Made by a program: the position numbers and the translations under genes. Shown one piece after another: positions 18,161 through 27,299 of a stretch of 64,000 bases of DNA. The DNA comes from a virus. The first letter of the stretch is position 1; each line of letters starts with the position of its first letter. The notes under the pieces were generated by a model that made no database searches, was not told the origin of the DNA, and saw only the letters and a list, made by a program, of their open reading frames with translations. The DNA lies in IMG/VR virus record IMGVR_UViG_3300042910_000038; one strand, 5' to 3'.

Positions 18161-19468
18161 CTGCCCGAATTTCCCGGTATTCCATGGGAGGCACTAGAGG
18201 AGGACATTCACGTTGCAAAAAACAACCCGACAGTAACCATTGAAGAGCTTGCTCCAAACACGTTTTATCCAAGGCTTGACCTGGTAAACCCGGCTAGGAA
18301 ATGGCGTTTTCAACTCTCAGACGTTGGCGAACTGCGATTAACCGATGCTTTAGCTGTTAAGACAAGAGAGCGGGTAATATATAACTTGACATCGGATGCA
18401 AGCCAATATCAGCTTTTCAACTCAGACGGCGCGGTCATCTTCGACATCGACTATGAAGGCTACCTTAAAACAGACCTGAAAGTTAGAAAAACAAACCCGT
18501 CTCTCATTGTAACGGAAACAGCTTCGGCAACATATTATCCGAGAATCGACATTATGAACCCTCAGAGAAGCTGGCGTCTTCAGCTTGACAGCACAGGCAG
18601 ACTAAGGCTTAGAGACTTAACAGCGGCAGCGGACAGGCTAATGATTGACGGAGACGGCAAAGTTTCAAACATAGCCATGTTTGCCCAAGACCTTCTTCCA
18701 GACGGAGACCTAACACGCTCCCTTGGAAGCTCAACTTCAAGATGGCTTCTAAACGGATGGAATCCAGACGCCCACGCGTCTAGACACGAGTATGGCGGGG
18801 CAGACTTAATCCACAACCTAGACTACTTAGCAATTAGAGGCTACACAATAATAGATACGGCTAGACAACTGCAAAACATATCAGCCATAATACAGGACGT
18901 CTTCCAAACAAAAGCGTCTCCAACATTCAGAATAACCGAGACAGCTTCAGCAACAACATATCCACGCCTTGAACTATACAATCCCCAGAGAAACTGGCGA
19001 ATATTCAACTCCTCAGATGGAAGCCTAAACATTTACGACGTTTCAGCGGCAGTTTACAGGCTAAGGTTCTTCTACTCTACAGCAGCCGACTCAGAACAGT
19101 TAAGAGTGGTAAACTCTGCCGGAACAACGATAATGAGCATAGACTACGAAGGAGACGTAACAATACCGGGTAAGCTAACCCAAGGAGCATGCCCAGAATT
19201 CTCAAAAATGAGCCTAAACGAAATCAAAAGCTTCATAAAAAAATGTGTAAGCAAGCCGGAGCCGCGGAAAGATGGAAACGGAAGAGACATATGCGATTTA
19301 TGCAACAAACCCTTCAGCGAAGACGGATGCACAGACCCAGAACACTGGAACAACCATATTGAAATGCACTATCACAGAACACAAGAAGAAGTTATGGCGT
19401 TAATGCATTTGGTTCTCAATCTCATTGAAAGAGTTGAACAACTCGAACATAGGCTAGGAGTTGCTTAG
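18161..19468 (+). CDS. Fibre-like protein with three internal repeats and C-terminal coiled coil; probable CTG start
   Basis: Frame open from 18146; GGAGG 9 nt before CTG 18161; repeats PxxxIxExxxxTxYPRxxxxNPxRxWR three times; HASRHEYGGAD fibre motif. Confidence 0.65.
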   Translation: MPEFPGIPWEALEEDIHVAKNNPTVTIEELAPNTFYPRLDLVNPARKWRFQLSDVGELRLTDALAVKTRERVIYNLTSDASQYQLFNSDGAVIFDIDYEGYLKTDLKVRKTNPSLIVTETASATYYPRIDIMNPQRSWRLQLDSTGRLRLRDLTAAADRLMIDGDGKVSNIAMFAQDLLPDGDLTRSLGSSTSRWLLNGWNPDAHASRHEYGGADLIHNLDYLAIRGYTIIDTARQLQNISAIIQDVFQTKASPTFRITETASATTYPRLELYNPQRNWRIFNSSDGSLNIYDVSAAVYRLRFFYSTAADSEQLRVVNSAGTTIMSIDYEGDVTIPGKLTQGACPEFSKMSLNEIKSFIKKCVSKPEPRKDGNGRDICDLCNKPFSEDGCTDPEHWNNHIEMHYHRTQEEVMALMHLVLNLIERVEQLEHRLGVA

Positions 19469-19538
19469 TCCCGCTCACAAACCTTATAATATTGGCTTCG
19501 CAAAAATAAAATTGGATAAAACATAGAGGTCAACCATC

Positions 19539-19964
19539 GTGCTCAAGACGGAACACTATCATACTGATGAGGTTGAGGTTAGCGTAGCCTCTCGGGAGTG
19601 GAAGCCTGCTAAATATCTTGAGTTTGAGAAGGACGGCTTCAACTGCAACATTATTAAGATGCTGATTTTCGCTGACTTGAAGGTTCCGCCTGAGGAGACT
19701 AAGGGCTACTTGGGAATTTTCGTTAACGATGAGGTTAACCCGCGAGCCGTAATCGAGTCCGACTTAACCTTCAGCAACATTTTCAAACGGGAAATAGACG
19801 TCCTCAACCTGCCTTTTGGAAGGCATAAGCTTATACTGAAAATGAAAAGCGAGCAAGGCTACCCGGTAACAAACACTTTCTGGGAAGTACACATAACAAG
19901 ATTCTACAACCTATATGAAATGGCAGGATTTATCGTTCCACTAACATTACTGGCGGGACCGTAA
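19539..19964 (+). CDS. Beta-rich protein with short hydrophobic tail
   Basis: Own TATA (ACCTTATAATATT) and GAGGT RBS. Confidence 0.55.
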   Translation: MLKTEHYHTDEVEVSVASREWKPAKYLEFEKDGFNCNIIKMLIFADLKVPPEETKGYLGIFVNDEVNPRAVIESDLTFSNIFKREIDVLNLPFGRHKLILKMKSEQGYPVTNTFWEVHITRFYNLYEMAGFIVPLTLLAGP

Positions 19965-20404
19965 TGAGCGAACGCGTTTTGGAAAGAACTATTGCTTTAA
20001 CCTTCGCCGTTGTTTTAGTAGGTGTTTTAATTGCGTTTTTAATATGGTTTCTTGAAAGGCAAAAGTTGACATTAACCCATCTTGGAAGCGGAACCTTCAA
20101 GACAAGCCCAACGGAAGAGCCAATATTCGAATACACTAGAAACGAGCCTTTCACCTTCAGCGGGTATGTGAACCTTAAAAACATGGAGGATGGAGACGAG
20201 ATAATCATTAGAGAGTATGTTAAACTTGCGGTGGATGAAGATTACACGCTATACTTTGAAGAGCCCATCCACAACAAACAAAAGGAACCATTATACCACA
20301 TAGAAAAGCTTCCAGCCTTAAAAGCCATAAAAGTGACAATACAGCAAACCAAAGGAACTCCAAAATACGTTCCATGGGAGTTTTTCGGGAGCGTGGTAGC
20401 CTAA
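19964..20404 (+). CDS. N-terminal TM plus family A domain
   Basis: EPFTFSGYVNLKNMEDGDEIIIREY. Confidence 0.7.
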   Translation: MSERVLERTIALTFAVVLVGVLIAFLIWFLERQKLTLTHLGSGTFKTSPTEEPIFEYTRNEPFTFSGYVNLKNMEDGDEIIIREYVKLAVDEDYTLYFEEPIHNKQKEPLYHIEKLPALKAIKVTIQQTKGTPKYVPWEFFGSVVA

Positions 20405-20533
20405 ATGCCCAAACTGCCAAGACCAAGAATAATACTAAAACAAGTTGAAGAGCTTAAACCAGAAAACCAAAAAGGAGAAATAGTCTATTTAACAACCGAT
20501 AAACACGCCTACCTCTACCAACATGAGGGTTAA
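20405..20533 (+). CDS. 42-aa mini-protein with fibre-like motif
   Basis: Manual ORF ...KGEIVYLTTDKHAYLYQHEG. Confidence 0.5.
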   Translation: MPKLPRPRIILKQVEELKPENQKGEIVYLTTDKHAYLYQHEG

Positions 20534-20536
20534 ATT

Positions 20537-20677
20537 ATGGCTGAAGAGAAGAAGCCTGTTAAGGTGCGTGGCGGGGAAGCCCGCAAGGTTGTAGAGCTAG
20601 ACCCAGACAAGCCTAAAAGCGGGCAGATAAAATACGACCCAGAAACGAAACATATTTATGTCTTCATAGAAGAGTAG
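20537..20677 (+). CDS. 46-aa mini-protein with fibre-like motif
   Basis: Manual ORF ...KSGQIKYDPETKHIYVFIEE. Confidence 0.5.
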   Translation: MAEEKKPVKVRGGEARKVVELDPDKPKSGQIKYDPETKHIYVFIEE

Positions 20678-20690
20678 TAGGTGATGAAAT

Positions 20691-21068
20691 ATGCCGTGGA
20701 AACGCATTTTGCTTGAAGGGGATGCGGCAACTTTAACTTCGACGGTTACTCCGGTTGCTGTTGATTTTGGTGCGGCGGCTATTGGTACAAGCACTGAGGC
20801 TGCGCGTGCTGACCATAAGCATTCGGCGGTGGCTGGTTCGCCAGTTGCGTTGGATGGATTAGCTGCAGATGGGACAAGTACTGCTTTTGTTCGTGCGGAC
20901 CATAAGCATGCGCTTGGTCCTTTAGCTGTCGATTTGAACTTTAACGAGCATGAAGCTGACAAGCTTGCTTTAGACAATTTAAGCGCGGCAGCAGCCTACA
21001 CTACGACAAAGCTTGGCGTAGTATACTTTGACACGGTTGATAGACACCCGTATATTTACATAGGCTAG
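20691..21068 (+). CDS. Fibre-like protein
   Basis: GTSTxxxRADHKH twice (tail-fibre-type repeat); WKRILLEGD N-terminus shared with 21551. Confidence 0.6.
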   Translation: MPWKRILLEGDAATLTSTVTPVAVDFGAAAIGTSTEAARADHKHSAVAGSPVALDGLAADGTSTAFVRADHKHALGPLAVDLNFNEHEADKLALDNLSAAAAYTTTKLGVVYFDTVDRHPYIYIG

Positions 21069-21126
21069 CTTTCAAACTATAAATTTTTAAGTTTATTCGA
21101 ACATTATTCTATGTGGAAGTGTAGAG

Positions 21127-21543
21127 GTGGTTAGTGTGGAGCCTGCTAAGGTTGCCCCGAAACCAGTTGAAGTTGAACCTCCGAAGACTGAGGTTGTAAA
21201 GGAGGAGAAGGAAGCGATGGTTGTTCCGGAGAAGTTTAAGCCTTTGGAGAAGCCTAAAATCCGCTTTGAAGAGCTGAAAGCCAAGTATGAGGAGCTTTTC
21301 AGGGACATTTTCGGCAAGCTTGAAGTCGAGTTTTTGCAGCGTAAAGCCCAGCAGATGGAGGACTTGCACAACGACCTTGTTGAAATGATTGCATGGCACA
21401 TAAACAACGGCGTAAACGTCGACACAGTATGCTTTGTCCTAGACATAATAAAGTATGAGCTTACAACGGAAAAGCTTAAGCAAATATATTCGGGAGTAAG
21501 CATAAGAAAAGCAATGGAGACGCCGATAGAGCTGAAAAGGTAG
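21127..21543 (+). CDS. Charged helical hypothetical protein
   Basis: Own TATA/RBS; E/K-rich. Confidence 0.55.
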   Translation: MVSVEPAKVAPKPVEVEPPKTEVVKEEKEAMVVPEKFKPLEKPKIRFEELKAKYEELFRDIFGKLEVEFLQRKAQQMEDLHNDLVEMIAWHINNGVNVDTVCFVLDIIKYELTTEKLKQIYSGVSIRKAMETPIELKR

Positions 21544-21550
21544 CTGACTC

Positions 21551-21925
21551 GTGGGCTGGAAACGGATACTCCTTGAAGGCGACCCGGTTACTGGAACCGT
21601 TACAGTAGCGGACATCACCAAAACCGTTACGCCGATTTCTGGAGCCACAACCGCAGAAGGAAACACAATAGTGAGAACTCCAGCCTCTGGGATGTCTGTT
21701 AGGCTTAAAGACATTTTCATATGGAACTGTAGCGCTGCAGACCGCTGGGTTGGCTTAAGGTTCGGATGGACAGGCTCGCTTCATTTTCCAGCCCTTTTAG
21801 CCAGCAAGACAGGCTTCGCCAAAAACATTGTTGGAGGAAACATTCAAGGAGCCGTAGACGAAACCTTATACTTGTACGCTAGCGGAGACTTAGTTTACTT
21901 CACAGCTTTAGCCGAGGATGTTTAA
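21551..21925 (+). CDS. Putative structural beta protein
   Basis: MGWKRILLEGD shared with 20691. Confidence 0.55.
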   Translation: MGWKRILLEGDPVTGTVTVADITKTVTPISGATTAEGNTIVRTPASGMSVRLKDIFIWNCSAADRWVGLRFGWTGSLHFPALLASKTGFAKNIVGGNIQGAVDETLYLYASGDLVYFTALAEDV

Positions 21926-21928
21926 AAC

Positions 21929-23020
21929 TTGCGCATTTTATGGGTTAGCGTTTCACCTCTTAGAGGCAGCAGTTTCAGCGTTGTAACAGATAACATTTTG
22001 AAAAGGCTTGGCTTAAAACATAAGGTTTACTGTTTAGGCTTAGACTATTATGGAACACCTTTACAGATGGAAAACTACACGCTAGCCCAGTTCACAGACT
22101 TCAGACAGCTTGAAGACTACGTTCAAACCCTAAAACCAGACGTGACAGTCGTCTACCACGCCCCCCTTTTTCTTTCACGAATAAACCCCCACCTAGACAA
22201 GGTTAAAGCATCATCAAAGCTTGTGCTATACGTGCCAATTGAAGGATACCCGCTAACCGTTGACACGTCTTTCTTTGAAAAGGCAGACCTCATACTTGTC
22301 CCATCAAAATTCTCTCAAGAATGTTTAGCTAAAGAAGGCTTCAAAGGCGAAATTCTTCCACATGGCGTAGATTTGGAAACTTTCAAACCATTAAAGCCTT
22401 TAGAGGAGAAGTATGCTGAGGCTAACCCCTTCAAGTTTGGAACGGTTGCAAGCATGGTTCTAAGGAAAATGATAACATGTATAGTCGACGCATACGCCAC
22501 AGCCCTTTCAAGAGGTATGAAAAACACAGAATACTACCTGACAGCTTCAACATATGACGCAACGCCTTGGGATGCAGACGTAAACGTTTACGCAAGGAAA
22601 ATGGGCGTTCCAATAAAAATTTCGAGGACAGCGTTCCTGAATCTTCCAGTAACCCACCAGACAATAGCATCATTATACAACCAGCTTCACGTCCACGTTT
22701 TAACAGCCTCGGAAAGTTTCGGATTAATACATTTAGAGTCTATGGCATGCGGAACTGTTCCACTAACCATTAAATATGGGGGAGCGTTGGAAACTGTTGG
22801 AGACTGCGGATTATACGTCAACCCAAAAGCCTTCATAGCTACAAGCATGGGAAGGTTCGCCATACCAGACACGGAAGAATTGGCGGAGAAAATGGTTTGG
22901 GCAAGACAAAACCCAGAAGCCCTATTAAGACTGGCTGCTAAAGGAGTCGAAAAAGCTAAACATTTTAGCTGGGAAAACGTTGCTGAAAAATTAGAGAGCA
23001 CTTTAAAAGGCTGGGCTTAA
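21929..23020 (+). CDS. Glycosyltransferase family 4
   Basis: ILPHGVDLETF, ESFGLIHLESMACG, FSWENVA. Confidence 0.9.
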   Translation: MRILWVSVSPLRGSSFSVVTDNILKRLGLKHKVYCLGLDYYGTPLQMENYTLAQFTDFRQLEDYVQTLKPDVTVVYHAPLFLSRINPHLDKVKASSKLVLYVPIEGYPLTVDTSFFEKADLILVPSKFSQECLAKEGFKGEILPHGVDLETFKPLKPLEEKYAEANPFKFGTVASMVLRKMITCIVDAYATALSRGMKNTEYYLTASTYDATPWDADVNVYARKMGVPIKISRTAFLNLPVTHQTIASLYNQLHVHVLTASESFGLIHLESMACGTVPLTIKYGGALETVGDCGLYVNPKAFIATSMGRFAIPDTEELAEKMVWARQNPEALLRLAAKGVEKAKHFSWENVAEKLESTLKGWA

Positions 23021-23074
23021 AAATGTCCGTGAAGCATGGCTGAAGCGGTTGTTTAAAGGGGCGGTGCAGGCTAA

Positions 23075-23626
23075 ATGCCAACTGAAACCCGTTACATGCG
23101 TTCCGACCAGCAAACTATAAACGGTTTAACAGCTTACATTTTAGGTTTAACGCAGACAGCCGCTTACGCATATGTTTCCGCCGCTTATGAAGGTAGAGCG
23201 GCGGCTTATTTTGACATTCAGATTGCTGTCCGCCATGCCGATGGAACAGAAACAATCCTGCTTAACTGGTACACATTTGCAACTAGAGGCGTAAGTGGCT
23301 CTGGCTATCAAACTTACAGTTTTAGCTGTCCAGCTACAACTTTAAGCCCAACAGACGCTATTGTTGTCCGCCTCCGAGCCCGCAACACAGGAGGCTCTGA
23401 AACAGCAACTTTCATAACTGAGCAGCTTGGAGCTTCAGCGCTTCCAGCGGCAACGTGGACGTTCTACGTCTACACCGTTGCAACTGTAACTGCAACTGGA
23501 AGCCTAGCTGAAATCGACTTCGGAGACTCAGCCCATAACACTCGGGTTGAAAACTTCACATGGACACCTTATGGCGTTCCACGTTTCATAGGTGACGGTT
23601 TAAGTGGAGTGGTTGTGATAATTTAA
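23075..23626 (+). CDS. Paralogue family C structural-like protein
   Basis: Shared N-terminus and ENFTWTPY with 15584. Confidence 0.6.
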   Translation: MPTETRYMRSDQQTINGLTAYILGLTQTAAYAYVSAAYEGRAAAYFDIQIAVRHADGTETILLNWYTFATRGVSGSGYQTYSFSCPATTLSPTDAIVVRLRARNTGGSETATFITEQLGASALPAATWTFYVYTVATVTATGSLAEIDFGDSAHNTRVENFTWTPYGVPRFIGDGLSGVVVII

Positions 23627-23628
23627 AG

Positions 23629-24561
23629 GTGGTTAAAAAGTTGCGTTTTATGGTTACTGGGGGGTCGGGATTTATCGGGAGCCATTTAGTTGAAAAGCTT
23701 ACCAGTGACAGGTATGAAATTGTAGTGCTTGTTAGGGATGTTCTGCCTTCTCCGTGGGGAAGCTGGCTGAACGAAGCTTTGAAGAGTGCTGTTCAGGTTC
23801 GCGGTGACGTTTTAGATTTTAACGTTTTAAGGCGAGCCGTTTCAGACTACGAATGTGAAGCAGTCTTTCATTTAGCGGCTCAGGCTGTTGTCCGTAAAGC
23901 GCAGGCTGACCCTTCAACAACAGTTCAAACAAACGTTTTAGGAACGCTTAACGTTCTTGAAGTTGCAAGGCAATTAGATGTCCCGTTCACTTACATAATG
24001 AGCACGGATAAAGTTTACTTTGAAGGAATGAACAAAAAGGAAGAAGACGCTCTACAAGCCGGAGAAATCTATGGCACGTCTAAAGCAATGGCAGACCTGC
24101 TCGCCCAATCCTACGCAAAAACATATGGGCTGAAAATCGCTATCGGTAGAGCCTGCAACTGCTACGGTTACGACCTATCGCCGAGAATAATCCCAAACAC
24201 AATAAGAAGCTGCCTAAAAGGAGAAAGCCCAATAATCTACCGGGGGGAAGAAACCCTCCGCCAATACATATACGTAAACGATTTAGTCACAGCAATCATG
24301 CACCTAGCAGAAAACAGGCTAACAGGCATATACAACATAGCAACAGACGACATCCTAACACAAGAACAAGTAGTCCTAAAAATCCTCGAAAACTTCCCAA
24401 CAATAAAGCCAAAATACGTTGAAAGAGAAAAGCCGATAAAAGAAATCCAAAAACAAAGCATGAACTGGAGCAAGATAAAAAACACGGGGTGGACGCCAAA
24501 ATACACATTTGAAGCGGGAATTAAAGAAACAATTCAGAAATTCAAAAAATACGGGTTCTAG
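23629..24561 (+). CDS. NAD-dependent nucleotide-sugar epimerase/dehydratase (extended SDR)
   Basis: VTGGSGFIG, YGTSK (YxxxK), RACNCYG. Confidence 0.92.
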   Translation: MVKKLRFMVTGGSGFIGSHLVEKLTSDRYEIVVLVRDVLPSPWGSWLNEALKSAVQVRGDVLDFNVLRRAVSDYECEAVFHLAAQAVVRKAQADPSTTVQTNVLGTLNVLEVARQLDVPFTYIMSTDKVYFEGMNKKEEDALQAGEIYGTSKAMADLLAQSYAKTYGLKIAIGRACNCYGYDLSPRIIPNTIRSCLKGESPIIYRGEETLRQYIYVNDLVTAIMHLAENRLTGIYNIATDDILTQEQVVLKILENFPTIKPKYVEREKPIKEIQKQSMNWSKIKNTGWTPKYTFEAGIKETIQKFKKYGF

Positions 24562-24562
24562 T

Positions 24563-24859
24563 ATGAGTATGGCAGTCCTCGCCCTGTACCTAAACGTTGC
24601 AAACGTATTAGACCTTCAAACAACGCTTGACGGGCTTAAACGCGGCTTGAAAGAGGCTAACCCAATAGCAAACTACGTCCTACAAACAAGCGGAACCCAA
24701 GGCTTAGCCGAATTCAAAATAATACCGGTAATGGCGCTCACAACAATCGCATTAATAGCAGGCGACAAACACTTCGCAAAACTTATGACCGCAATGACAA
24801 TAGTTTTTAGTATAGCCGCGATGAACAACATCTTCCTAATAGCTCTGAAAGGAAGGTGA
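24563..24859 (+). CDS. Small membrane protein, DUF5658-like
   Basis: ANVLDLQTTLDGLKRGLKEANP; paralogue of 29949; start reassigned to ATG 24563. Confidence 0.55.
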   Translation: MSMAVLALYLNVANVLDLQTTLDGLKRGLKEANPIANYVLQTSGTQGLAEFKIIPVMALTTIALIAGDKHFAKLMTAMTIVFSIAAMNNIFLIALKGR

Positions 24860-24863
24860 AAAA

Positions 24864-27299
24864 GTGAGCGACTTCCTGCTCTTTCACGGCATGATAGCAT
24901 ATGATGAGCAGTTTGCTGGAGCCAAACAGAACGTTGAAGAGATGTCTCCATACGTCGACTATGTAATATTAGTCGTGGAAAAACAAAGACCATTTACAGA
25001 AGAACAGAAAAAAGAACTTTTAAAATATCCAAACGTGATACTGCTTGAATTGCCTTTTGAAGACAACATCCCAAGCTTTCGTAATAAATATTTAGATAAA
25101 GCTAAAGAAATAATGAAACAGCAAAACAAGCCCGGATGGATGGCAGTCCTAGATACAGACGAGCACTTCTGCAAGGAGCTAAGAGAGAACCTCAGAAAAA
25201 TAATTGCTGAATATGATGCGAAGAATTACACGCAGCTTGGCGTTAGATGCCTTGAAGGTTTCGAAGTTCACGACTGGATGGATGACATTGACAAGCTTAA
25301 AGAGTCCGCTACAAATCTGAGGCAGTCAAGCTATTTCAAAAGTTTGATATTCCGCATCTGTTGCGACCAGTTGCATTACGCTGGAATCGGAAATCCGCCA
25401 AACGCCGTCCACGAGTGGTGGGGGTGTCCTGTCCATCCGTGGAAGCCGATTTATCTGCCGCCTCATCTGACATACTCTCATATAAAAAGCAGTTTAACTA
25501 TATGGCGTAACTCGGCTAGAAACGTATATTTAAACGGAGGGGGCAACAACCTCGGCGACAAGGTGCCCGAATGGGTTGAGCTTCGCAGCATCTGCAATGC
25601 TTTAGGCATATCTTGTTGGCGTGAGTATGAAGCCTATTTAAAGAGGGGCAACGTTGACCCGTTGCTTAAAAAGTTTCTGATTAAGTGTTTGGATATGCCT
25701 AGAACGGATTTTGGCGTCGAGTATAGGCAAATGTGCGTGAGTGGAGATACCTTGGTAGTTACACCTAACGGAGTAAAACCCATTAAGGATTGTAAGGGGG
25801 AAAAGTATGTTTTAGGTTTTGACTTTCATCGAGGAAAAGTTGTATGGGCTTTGATTTTAGATTATTTCTGTACCACGTCTGATGATATTTATACAGTTGA
25901 AACTGCAAATCATCGCTTACGAATAACAGGCGATAACGAAGTTTGGACTGAGAAAGGCTGGGTTCCAACCGAAAAACTTAAGAAGCATAGACTACTAACA
26001 CTAAATTTAGTGACGTTAGACGATGCCACTCAGGTGGACTCCGGAAGAAATACGTATTCTAAAGGAAAATTACCAGCACATGACCATAAAAGAACTGCAA
26101 CAGAAGTTCTTTCCAAATCGAAGCCTTGGCTCTGTTCGTGGGAAGATAGAGAAGTTACACTTAACCAAGGGCAAAATCAAAAGATGGACAACGGAAGAAG
26201 TGGAAATATTAACGAAAGCTTATCGAGCGAAAGTTCCCTTGTCACAGATACCATTAGAGAGGAGTTATCAGGCTATAGCAGTAAAGGCACAAAGGTTGGG
26301 ATTGGCAAGAAAACAGAGTTTTTACATGAAGAACATAGAGAAGATGAAAGATACAGAATGGGCATACCTAGCGGGGTTGATAGATGGGGAGGGAACAATC
26401 ACAATAACAATTTCTCAAAAAGGTTCCAAAATCGAGATGAGACCACGAGTTGTGATTTCAAATTCGTGTCCAAGGCTTGTAGCGTGGTTGAAAGAGAGGT
26501 TGAGTTATGTGCCACGACGCGCAGCTCAGGGTCGAGACGTTCGGAGACGTTATACAATCCCAAATTACATAATCAATGTTACTGGGTTGAGGGAAGTGAA
26601 AGAAATCTTGGAGAAAACGTTGCCTTATTTGATAGTGAAGAAAGAGCAGGCAGAAATAGTATTGGAATATATCCGGGGAAGGAAGAAAGGGATGCCATAC
26701 GTGGAGAGGGACTTCGAACTTTTGTTGAAGGTAAGAAGATTAAACTTGCGTGGGAGCAAGTTAGAAAGATTCGAAAGGAGATTTGCAGAGTTAAAGAGGT
26801 TGTATATGACTTTACGACGTCAACGGGGAACTTTTTCGCGAATGGCATTCTGATTCATAACTGTTTATGGTATTTTGCCATGCATCCGGATGAGCTTACG
26901 CCTGAAATATTGTTTAAGATTAAGAATCCGCCTAAAATGACGCCTGAACAAGAAGTGGAATGGTATGTGATTTCCCAGTATCGTTATGTGCTTGGAAGAG
27001 AACCTGATGATGCTGGTAGGCGGCATTATGTTCAGGCTATTTTGGAGGGTAGGATTAGGCGTGAGGATTTGCCTAAAATACTGATGATGAGCGAGGAGTA
27101 TAGGCAGAAGTTTAACATTGATGAGACTGTTCAATGGGTTATAAACTGTTACCGTCAAGTGTTGAAGCGAGACCCGGATGAGGAGGGCTTACGGGTCTAC
27201 GTTGACCACATTGTTAAGGGAAGAATAAACAAGGAAGACTTGCCTAGGATATTAATGGAAAGCGACGAATACCGCTCAAGGTTTGGGGGAAGGAGTTGA
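24864..27299 (+). CDS. GT2-like glycosyltransferase containing an intein, with two C-terminal DUF4214-like repeats
   Basis: N-terminal GT-A-like region with RN...VLDTDE; intein; YRxVLxRxPDxxG repeats twice; about 435 aa after splicing. Confidence 0.7.
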   Translation: MSDFLLFHGMIAYDEQFAGAKQNVEEMSPYVDYVILVVEKQRPFTEEQKKELLKYPNVILLELPFEDNIPSFRNKYLDKAKEIMKQQNKPGWMAVLDTDEHFCKELRENLRKIIAEYDAKNYTQLGVRCLEGFEVHDWMDDIDKLKESATNLRQSSYFKSLIFRICCDQLHYAGIGNPPNAVHEWWGCPVHPWKPIYLPPHLTYSHIKSSLTIWRNSARNVYLNGGGNNLGDKVPEWVELRSICNALGISCWREYEAYLKRGNVDPLLKKFLIKCLDMPRTDFGVEYRQMCVSGDTLVVTPNGVKPIKDCKGEKYVLGFDFHRGKVVWALILDYFCTTSDDIYTVETANHRLRITGDNEVWTEKGWVPTEKLKKHRLLTLNLVTLDDATQVDSGRNTYSKGKLPAHDHKRTATEVLSKSKPWLCSWEDREVTLNQGQNQKMDNGRSGNINESLSSESSLVTDTIREELSGYSSKGTKVGIGKKTEFLHEEHREDERYRMGIPSGVDRWGGNNHNNNFSKRFQNRDETTSCDFKFVSKACSVVEREVELCATTRSSGSRRSETLYNPKLHNQCYWVEGSERNLGENVALFDSEERAGRNSIGIYPGKEERDAIRGEGLRTFVEGKKIKLAWEQVRKIRKEICRVKEVVYDFTTSTGNFFANGILIHNCLWYFAMHPDELTPEILFKIKNPPKMTPEQEVEWYVISQYRYVLGREPDDAGRRHYVQAILEGRIRREDLPKILMMSEEYRQKFNIDETVQWVINCYRQVLKRDPDEEGLRVYVDHIVKGRINKEDLPRILMESDEYRSRFGGRS
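25734..26861 (+). mobile_element. Intein (376 aa)
   Basis: Block A CVSGDTLVVTPNG, block B-like LRITGDNEVWT, blocks F/G VYDFTTSTGNFFANGILIHN followed by +1 Cys. Confidence 0.9.
26023..26853 (+). CDS. LAGLIDADG homing endonuclease with N-terminal Myb-like repeats, encoded in the +1 frame inside the intein
   Basis: WAYLAGLIDGEG; WTPEEIRILKENY and WTTEEVEILTKAY; 26023 is +1 relative to frame 24864. Confidence 0.88.
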   Translation: MPLRWTPEEIRILKENYQHMTIKELQQKFFPNRSLGSVRGKIEKLHLTKGKIKRWTTEEVEILTKAYRAKVPLSQIPLERSYQAIAVKAQRLGLARKQSFYMKNIEKMKDTEWAYLAGLIDGEGTITITISQKGSKIEMRPRVVISNSCPRLVAWLKERLSYVPRRAAQGRDVRRRYTIPNYIINVTGLREVKEILEKTLPYLIVKKEQAEIVLEYIRGRKKGMPYVERDFELLLKVRRLNLRGSKLERFERRFAELKRLYMTLRRQRGTFSRMAF

